Part shown: positions 52,889 to 64,000 of the stretch, in pieces
Numbering within the stretch: position 1 is the first letter of the stretch
Layout: every line of letters begins with the position of its first letter
NCBI GenBank assembly: GCA_951406725.2
Contig: OX597820.1
Coordinates: forward strand, 118,730,001-118,794,000
Length of the DNA stretch: 64,000 bases
Direction of reading: 5' to 3'
From: Octopus vulgaris
Taxonomy: Eukaryota
Program-made: the position numbers and the translations under genes
The notes under the pieces: model-generated
The model's database searches: none
Seen by the model: only the letters and a program-made list of their open reading frames with translations
What the model was told of the DNA's origin: nothing

Positions 52889-55800
52889 GTTATTTATCTT
52901 TCACTCGTTTCAGTCATTGGGTTGCGGCCATGCTGGGGGCACTGCCTTGAAGGGCTTCAGTCAAACACCCTTGTATATTTTTATGATTCATAATTTTTCG
53001 ATCGGTATCTATTGCCGATCTGCTACGTTATAGGAACATACTCAATATACAAACACACACTTACTCACATACACACATATAAGACAGGCTTCACACAATG
53101 TCCATTTACAAGATTCCCTCAAAAGGCATTGGATGGTCTGTGGCTAACAAAGAATACATCTTCCTAAACTGCCGGGAAGAGGGATCGAACCAGAAACCAC
53201 GTGCATACTAACTTTAACGTATGGATATGTGTGCAGTGAATGCTTTTGTTTATTGTTAGTGTGCGTATATTTACTTGAAATCCAATTTTTTTAACTTACG
53301 TACCTGCGCCACATGCTTTGCTTGAGGAGAATCTGTTTCACATGCATGCATGCCTCAACTCCACAAATCGCCGGCAACTTTTCCCTCCCATGGAAAGCAA
53401 ACTTTCATAGCTTCGGGTTTGAATGCACGTAACGTGAAACTCTGAGTTGCGACGTACAGAACAACCAATAAAAGATAAATACAAAACATCCTCACACAAT
53501 CACACCACACACGGACACATACACGCGCACATACATTCACACACATATGTACACAAATACATACACACATACATATATTCATACATGAATACATACACTC
53601 ACACACACACACAAACACACACATATGTAACAAATATGGCTATTTGGAAAATTTCTCTCAGATAATTTATTACAACTGGTGTCGTTTTTAGTTTGTGTTT
53701 ATAATGTTTTACATTTCGTTAACCTTCCCCCCATGTACACAAACATAAACTTATATTTATATAAGATGTATACATACAATCGTGTGTTATATACATGTGT
53801 ATATGTGTGCATGAACGTATGTACACCGTATACGCACAAGTATGTATATGTATATATATATGTATACATACATACATACATACAGACATATATATATATA
53901 TATGAATGTGTGTGTATTTGTGAGGGAGTGAATGTGCGCATGCGTAGTGAAGGATGATAAATAAGTTGAGTTTAAAGTGTTTTACTATTTAAATCAAATA
54001 AAATTCTTAAATAAGATTTTAATATCCCTGTTAAATATTCTAGTGAATTTCACGATATCTCATAAAATAGCTACACATACATTTTAAAGTCATTTCTTCA
54101 AGTAATATCATAAATTCTAGTATTTTGTTTCTTTTAATATGTTTTCTATGTTGCGATTTGCCTCCTCTTTCATTTTGTAAGTGATTTTGGGAAATTTCTG
54201 AAATGCCAATTTCCACCGACTTGGAGTAACGTTTTTAAAAAAAATGTTGTTTTTTCCGGCTCCTCCTCTATTCACTCGTTTGTCTCTAACATTCTCAAGT
54301 GTCTTTCAAATTGTTTTAAAAGCTTCTGGAACTGGTCACAGGCTTGTTTCCTTGCTGTAAGATTTGACGGGTAATTATTCTTCTTGTTTTACTAGCCAAC
54401 GCATGGAAAGAGGTTTAGTTGATTGTGCAAGGAAATCATACTTAAATCGGTTCTCGATAGACGGCCTCATGGAACTATACAACCTGTGATACAACCTGCA
54501 CAAAATAATGGATGAAACTAGCAGAGGTAGCAATCAAATAGGGAACCGGTAAATAAGAGTTTTAAGAGTTTTAGCTGTGCCTCTTTTATTTTTACCAATA
54601 TTATTAATACCGTATTATTGAAATATCAAAATTAGGAACCTAGGAAGTATTATATGGTGTTGGCTATTGTTGATGTCTTTGTTGCAATTTTCATCTAGGT
54701 GATCCCAAAATGGTGTAAAATATTGTCAGATCCGTTCTATTCATTATGACCCAAATCCCTTCCTCTTTTCAAGACAGCAAAATATATTTGCAAAACAGAT
54801 GGGATATTATACTTGGAAGGATATGGCTATGTAGTGGGGTGGGGGCTCTCTTTGTGACCCAACGACGTCGTAGAGTTGAAAGCAGGCCACACAGTTACGG
54901 ACCGACAATGGAGCGGAAATTCCGTGGTGTATTCCATGTTCTTTACGTTTGATCTCTTTCATCATGCATAACAGTGTGTCGGGATTATGAGAACACTGCA
55001 ACATTACTGACATCATGGGAACTATTGATATCTAAGCTAAAAGTCTTGCATTCTATCATATGAGAAAATTTAGTCGCAGAAAATGTTTTCCACTGTAAGA
55101 TGTACAAAAAACTTAGATGCAAACACTTACAAACTACCCAAAGAGCCACTAGTTGTTTATCACCCGCCTCCCGCTTATAATTGGAATTCTGTTTCGTCGG
55201 GTTACTATTTTTTTTGATATCTAATCACATTGAACTTCTCTAGCAAAGGTTGAAGAAATTTTTCTCGTTCTACAGTATGACAGATGAGATTTCAACTATC
55301 GATCCTACAGCGCTGTCCTGATATTATAATAACTTGAAGACTTGTCAAACATCCGTGATCATTTACGACGTTTAACGCTCTCCAAGGATATAATTTCTGT
55401 TCTCTCAATCCTCAGTCAAGATTTGATTCATCTGGCTTAAAGATAACTCTTAAAATAACTTTAAAATGATTACAGGTTTATTACCTCGTCACGAGAATAA
55501 ACCTAGAAGAAACCAATATAGGAACACAAAAATAAACCAATGATAAAATATTGAAATAAAAATATAATGATAAAAATAGAAAACAAATATTAACTTTTCC
55601 TTTAGGAAAAAGCTGAGATGGGAAGTTCGTGTTTCCAGGCCATTTTAATTATCGTTATCCTATCACTGATGCTGTAAAAAAGAAGAAATCAAACACGAAA
55701 TCCATAAAATGTCATCAGTTGTGTTTAACCTCATCAAACTTAGGCACAAAGGCTATTTAATAAAGACACACACAGCAGCGCGTGCGCATGGAACTAAACC

Positions 55801-56421
55801 CAATTTCCTACACACTTTCTCATATCTCTATTTTTCACTGATATATTATGACCTCATTTACGGACACAAGATATCTCTCTTTCCTGATTGGTTAAAAACG
55901 CGGAAAATACACAAAAACAATACATGACAAAATATAAAGAAAGAAAATTTCATATAAAAAAAAAACCCCTCACATCCCTTAAACCTTGATATAAAGTAAA
56001 CAAAATAACATTGAAAAAACCATAAAGACAATCATTTTCAGTTATTTATATTGTGGTTGGAATAGAATAAACTCTTTTAAGAACTCCGTATGCGATTGAT
56101 CAGTGAATACTAAGGCGTTAAGGACTTTTTACCTTTCATGTCCTGATGCTATTGGCCAAATTATCAGATTGCATGCCACATTCAGCAAGGTGAAATCTCA
56201 AGTCATTAGTATCTTTTTTCTTTATTCTTTATCTCAGAGAAACAATAATAATAACAATATATTCTTACCTATTACAAAGAATTTTATTTGTATTATTATT
56301 TTTTTTTATTGGAACTAAGAAACAGCGTTTTAATGTTTTGTACTTTGTGTGGTTTTCATAGAGAATGAAAGAGTTTGTTTGAGAACCTCTACAATGAAAG
56401 CACAAATACACACACACACAT

Positions 56422-56457
<36 letters not shown>

Positions 56458-56834
56458 GAGCTCGCACATACACACTTACAAATGTACAACAATGCACACA
56501 CAGTATACATTACAAGAAGTTCATATTTTCCAGGTGTGTTCTTATAAGAAGAATGTTAATTAAATTCTTTTGCTCGCACATACACAGGCGCGTGCGAACG
56601 CGCGCACACACACACAAACACACACGCACATACTACACACACACACACGCACACACACATGCACACACATATATACAAGCACGCAAACAACCATAAACTG
56701 CATATATCAACAATGAAGCAGAAAAATGCTGCAGACTTTATCAGATGCTGCTTATTCACAACCGCATCTTTGCATCTCTACGATGTTACATTTATATTCT
56801 CATTCACAGGGTGTGTACACGTGTATGCGCGGGT

Positions 56835-57415
56835 GTGTGTATGTATGTATTCATGTATGTATGTTTGTATGTATGTATGTATGTATGTATGCATGTATGC
56901 ATGCATGTATGTATGTATGTATGTATGTATGTATGTATGTATGTTTGTATGTATGTATGTATGTTTGTATGTTTGTATGTATGTATGTATGTATATATGT
57001 ATGTATGTTTGTATGTATGTATGTATGTATGTATGTATGTATGTTTGTATGTATGTATGTATGTATGTATGTATATATGTATGTATGTTTGTATGTATGT
57101 ATGTATGTATGTTTGTATGTATGTATGTATGTTTGTATGTATGTATGTATGTATGTATGTATATATGTACGTATGTTTGTATGTATGTATGTATGTATGT
57201 ATGTATGTTTGTATGTATGTATGTATGTATGTATGTATATATGTATGTATGTTTGTATGTATGTATGTATGTATGTATGTATGTTTGTATGTATGTATGT
57301 TTGTATGTATGCATGCATGCATGTATGTATGTATGTATGTATGTATATATGTATGTATGTTTGTATGTATGTATGTATGTATGTATGCATGTATGTATAT
57401 ATGTATGTATTTGTA
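56835..57415. repeat. (TATG)n microsatellite with higher-order variants
   Basis: Direct reading. Confidence 0.95.
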
Positions 57416-58047
57416 TCTATCTATTTACCTAAATGTACGCAAGCATATGAAAATATAGTTATATACGCATATATGAGTTGTGATATGTATATCTACACAC
57501 ATAAACATATGTATACACACACATAAACACAAGCACATGCACGTATATACACACACAGACCTATTCTACACATACATGTATATAAGTGTCTGGCTTTCTG
57601 TACGTAAGCGAGTTTCCATTCTTGAAATTACGTCCGAACCAAAGTCCCAATGATATAACATTGAAATAACCTATAGTTCGCAAAGAATGCTTCTGATTTT
57701 CGACAAATTATCCTTACACGACTCTTTCTCCTCTTCTCTACTTGTCTCTCTCTGTCTCTTCATGCACCTCACTCTGCCTCTGTGTATGTCTATCTGTCTA
57801 TGAATATATATGTCATTCGTTCACTCACACTCTCTCTCTCTCTCTCACTCTCTTTCTTTCTCTCACTATGTGTATACCTCTCTCTTCTCTCTCTTACTTT
57901 CTGCATCTTGTTTTCTATATATCGTCACATATCTTGGTTCGTATTTTCCTTCTGCTTTCTCGGCCTCTTTTTTCTCTCTCACTCCCCATATATACATATA
58001 CATTCTCTCCTTCTTTGTGCGTGTATATATCTATATGTATGTATATA

Positions 58048-58191
<144 letters not shown>

Positions 58192-58234
58192 TAAGTATGT
58201 ACGTATGTATCTATCTGCCTGTCTCTCTGTCTGG

Positions 58235-58294
<60 letters not shown>

Positions 58295-58383
58295 ATATAT
58301 ATATATACATATACGTATATATGTATGTATGTATATATATATATATATACGTATATGTATACATATATGTATATATACTATAT

Positions 58384-58425
<42 letters not shown>

Positions 58426-59020
58426 ATGTATATGCACGCGCGCGCACAAGCCTTTTCGTTTGTTTTCTTAGAATTGTAACGTGTATCATAAACCAAGTTT
58501 GTGTATGTCAAGTCTTTTATTTTTTTTATTTGGTATCCCTAAGACAGCATTTGAACATATGTGTGCGCCTGTGTTTGTATCCATGTAATTATATGTACGC
58601 AAATTGCGTGCGGGTATCATACATGTTTGCGTATATACACGCGTCCATGTTTATCTGTTTGTGCGTTTCTATGTATCTATCGATGCGCATATATATCAGA
58701 GCGTGTGTAGGTGTTTTTTTTCCTTCCTTATGTGCGAGTGTGAGTATGTCTCTGTAGTGCAGTGCGATACATTGTTAGATATTGTGAATCACGGAACAGC
58801 ATTCATCATTCAGACACCAATCCGATCCTGTAATTAGTGAGTTTTAGAGTTTTGCCTGAGAAAACATTGCGTGCATGACGTTTCGGCTTTAGTTGAAGCC
58901 ATCTCAGTATCAGAGACGTGCTTCCCAGGATAGTATAGTGGAACAGTGGAACAAGAATAGCGAAACATGATGAACGAAATAGAAGCATAACAATAAGAAG
59001 AAACTAACAAGCAACAATCA

Positions 59021-59775
<755 letters not shown>

Positions 59776-60037
59776 TAGTAGTAGTAGTAACAGTAGTAGT
59801 GGTAATAGTAGTAGTACTAGTAGTAGTAGTAGAATTAGTATTAGTATTATTATCATTATTATTAGTATTGTAGTTTCTGTGTTTATTATTATAGCTGTTT
59901 ATTTTATTATTAGTTTTGTTATTATTATTAATGAGAAGAAATTGAGTGAATGTAAACTACTACAAGTACTACAACAACAACTACTACTACTACTACTACA
60001 ACTACTACTACTACTGCTGCTGCTACTACTACTGCTG

Positions 60038-60085
<48 letters not shown>

Positions 60086-60223
60086 TTGATTATAGTAATA
60101 ATATTCAAGATGCTGCTGATAATAATAATAATAGTAATATTAATGACTATAATAATAATGATAATAATAATGCAAGGATGTCAGCGTTGGTAGTATTCGT
60201 AATAAGCAAATAATATATATTTA

Positions 60224-60255
<32 letters not shown>

Positions 60256-60865
60256 AACACACATATATATATATGTATATATGCACACACACATAATACT
60301 TACATACATGCATACATATATGCATGCACACACACACGCACACACACACACACACACACATATATATAAGCTATAGAATAAAGAGAAGGGAAATTGCGAA
60401 GAGTATTATAAAGGGTGAAGAAGCAAGGAGACAATGCTATGGATAGAAGAAATGAAGAGAAGACCGATAGAATAAGCAAGCAACAACTTAGCAAGAGAAA
60501 GAGAAGAAATGAAAAGGAGGATGATAATGGCATTGTTGGAGGTGGTGGTGGCGATGTGAGGTGTGTGTGGAGAAATAAAAAAATGAGAAAGGAAGAAAAA
60601 CCATGGAAAATATAAAAAGAAAAAAAGCCTAAGGTATATTGACAAGAGAATAAAATGGATGTTGAGAACGAATGGGGAAAAACGAATTGGGAAAGAGGAA
60701 CGAAAAATTGTAAATGAACATGATAAAAAGAAAACTGGGTATAAAAAGAAGGAAATTGGACGAAGGAATGAGAAATGGTAAAAAAGAAGTGAAAAGAAAG
60801 GCAAAAAGACAGCAAATCAATATGATATTACCCATTGGGAGTGATATCGAGTATATAGTGGAAAG

Positions 60866-60903
<38 letters not shown>

Positions 60904-60920
60904 GTGCATATATGTATACA

Positions 60921-60953
<33 letters not shown>

Positions 60954-61028
60954 GTATTTATATATGTATATATATATATATTTGTATATAAAGTTTGTAT
61001 ATATATATATATATGTATATATAAATAC

Positions 61029-61085
<57 letters not shown>

Positions 61086-63239
61086 TAAATATATATATAC
61101 ATATATAACACATATATATATATATATATGTATGCATGTATATACATACAAAGAGCATCAAACATCAAACTTTCACACACATTCACAAACGTGTGCACAC
61201 ACCCACACATACACGCACATACACATACACACAGATACACATACCACACACATGTATTTATATATCCGTGTATGTAAATACAGTAATTGTCAATGAAATA
61301 GCGAGAAAGACAATGAAGAACTCTGCAAACAATGGCATTTAGAATGAAAACGCGTCTATAAATTTGAGGAAATATTGGAACGAGATAAATGAAGGAATGG
61401 AGAATAGTGAAGTAGTGACTCATTATAAAGGGGAAATAGAATAGCAGAGAAGAGAGGGAGAGAGAGAGAGAGAGCTTAGATGCCCTGCATTTGGAGAAAC
61501 ATTTAAAAGTTCACATGGAAACAGCCATTGGAATTAGATACATAATGAAAAAGAATTAATTATAGGAAATGATTAGAGCATTTGCTGCTTTGCGGGAGAG
61601 TCGAACAAAATATTATGTGGTATTTTCTCCAATATTCTGCTCTCTGTTTTAAAATTCCGCAGCGGTCAAATGTGTAGCTATTTTTTTTTTTTTTTATGTA
61701 AATAATGTCATAATCAAAATATACATGGCGGTTTTTCTTTTTGCTTCCTTTCTTTCTGTTTGTTTGTTTTTTTCTCTCTTTCTCTGTCTGAATATCTCTC
61801 GGGCTTTCCTTGCAAAATGCAAGGAAAGATCACAAACAGTGTCTTTTCTCTAGAAATGTTGAAGGCTTGAGCGAGAGTCTCTGAACCTTGTTACAGAGAA
61901 GTCAAATATGTTAGTTTCTTGAACTGCCTAAAGACGATTTGTTGTGCAATAGAGCACGAGAGAGAACGAAATGAGAGACAGGGTGAAAGGGGGAGAGAAA
62001 GAGTAGAATTAACAGGAGCTGGAGTAAGGGAGTGGACGAGTGAAGGAAGAGGTTAGTGGTGAGAAGAAGAATATTCAGAAGAAGGAGCAGAAGGAGGAGA
62101 AGTTGATTTGATGGAGAAGGAATTGTGGAAGTCAAAGAAAAATAACGATATGAAATATAAGAATGGCAAATGTAAGGTAAAAGGAAAATAATGAAGAAGA
62201 AAGATATGAAGACATATTGAATTCTATGATTTTTGCTAAAGAAATTGCTGCGTCTATGAGAAAGAAGAGAAAAGAGATGATTGAAGGAAATTTTGATGTG
62301 AGAAAAAGAGAGAAAGTGTATGTGTGTGTTTGAGAGAGAGAGAGAAGGAGGGGGAGATAGATGAGAGATGAGAGATACAGAAAATGAAGAACTGTGAATT
62401 AATATATGAAAGAGAAAAACAGAATAAAAAGAATGAACAAACAAAAGATAGAAATGAAAGAACGAGAGAATAAACGAATGACTCATATCAGGTGAAAAAT
62501 GTATAAATTAAAAATTATAAAAAGCAAAGGGGAGGAGTGAAATATATTAAATGACGAAAGGGATATATGCAAATGAGAAAAAAAAAATGAAGGAAATCCG
62601 TGAAGAACGTATATATTGTTGAAAAATACATAAAAGAATGAATACGTGGATGAACTAGAAATACACGGAGGAAAATTAGGAAAGGAACGCATAGAAATGT
62701 CATAACAGAAGGTAAAAGAAAATGGAGGAAAATAAGGAAAATCAAAGAATAAAAAGAAGAGAGTAAGAGACGAGAAGGCAGGCACAATAATAAAAAAAAG
62801 ATAAAAAAAAGGAACAAAAAGGAGACAAAAGAGTAACAAGAGTAAAAAAAAAATGGTGGAAGAAAAAGTATGAAACATACGCATGCGTAACGAACCACTG
62901 AGAGACACGCATTTACGTAAATAGCTGTAGCGAGCTAACATTTTTATTACCTGTTAACATTTTATAAATATATACTTATTAACACAGGCACACGTGCACA
63001 AACACATACACACACAGATACACCACACACGCACACACGTATATACACACAGGTATATGCATATAATAGGAAACTGCACGACTTCTCGGGCGGTCAACAT
63101 GTATACTATCGAATGCAGGTATACACTACACAATTTACGCACTCACACGCACGCACACACACTCATACCCACATACACATTCAGACGCACATACACAGAC
63201 ATAAAAGTATATATATATTTATGCATATATATATATGTT

Positions 63240-63306
<67 letters not shown>

Positions 63307-63354
63307 AAATATATATATACGTATATATATATATATATGTATAAATATATATAC

Positions 63355-63395
<41 letters not shown>

Positions 63396-63755
63396 CATTT
63401 GCATGTGTGTATGTATATATTTATTTATATATTTATTTATATATATATATATATATATGTATACACACACAAACACAGTGTATGTGTGTGTGTGTGTAGG
63501 CACATACATATTAGTAAATAAATATATAAATGAAGAATATGCGTAAGGGAAGCACTCTCGTGTCCACACGTGATCGCATCCACCCCCATCATTCTATTTG
63601 ATATCGCGAATGCCTAATTTCGGATGGATGGACAGAAAGAGAGAGATATCATCATTGTCATTTGAACGATAGTCGCAGCTCACTCATTTCAACAACACGC
63701 ACCTGTATCACACGCAAAACAACAGAAGATGCGCAGAAACTGATAACACTAAACG

Positions 63756-63804
<49 letters not shown>

Positions 63805-64000
63805 CATATATAAATGTAGAGTGAAAAACAGCTCCCTGAGAAATATGTTACATCTACAATTATTGCTAGTGACCTTGGTCATTGACAGAGGTTTATTCAT
63901 TTTTACATACAACCTTTAGAACATATTTCACACACACAGACACATATTATACAAATTTTCACACACATTCATTTACATATGCACATAGGCCTTCAATATT

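Noticed and set aside
54200-55020. Possible coding region
   Set aside because: Only faint resemblance to a decayed LINE endonuclease region; too degenerate to call.
58873-58910. Minus-strand CUGAGA-U-GGCUU..AAGCC-GAAA-CG-UC motif
   Set aside because: Core lacks position 7 and stem I is unpaired; at best a dead HHR remnant.
60300-62941. Long Phe/Leu/Ser-rich minus-strand ORFs
   Set aside because: They arise from purine-rich low-complexity strand bias, with no conserved motifs.

Overview
AT-rich, microsatellite-laden eukaryotic DNA, probably intergenic or intronic. The SINE repertoire suggests a cephalopod such as Octopus (inference). No host protein-coding gene is supportable; nearly all track ORFs are translations of simple repeats. 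The only intact CDS is a 5'-truncated Penelope-like retroelement (PLE; RT plus C-terminal GIY-YIG, Neptune-type Cys linker) at ~35.97-39.81 kb, with a 1.1-kb inverted arm. Manual folding reveals about 12 type I hammerhead ribozyme (HHR) motifs from at least 7 unrelated sequence families. One family lies in the PLE terminal repeat; the others lie in short non-coding elements, several with PLE-style integration geometry. The most unusual is a tRNA-headed (Pol III) SINE-like element whose tail carries an HHR, a candidate PLE-mobilised SINE. Also present: several tRNA-derived SINE families, decayed R4/Dong-like, RTE and L1/Tx1-like LINE fragments, two non-autonomous Helitrons, a Merlin-like MITE and a tRNA-Glu pseudogene. 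All structures were read by eye and boundaries of decayed copies are approximate.
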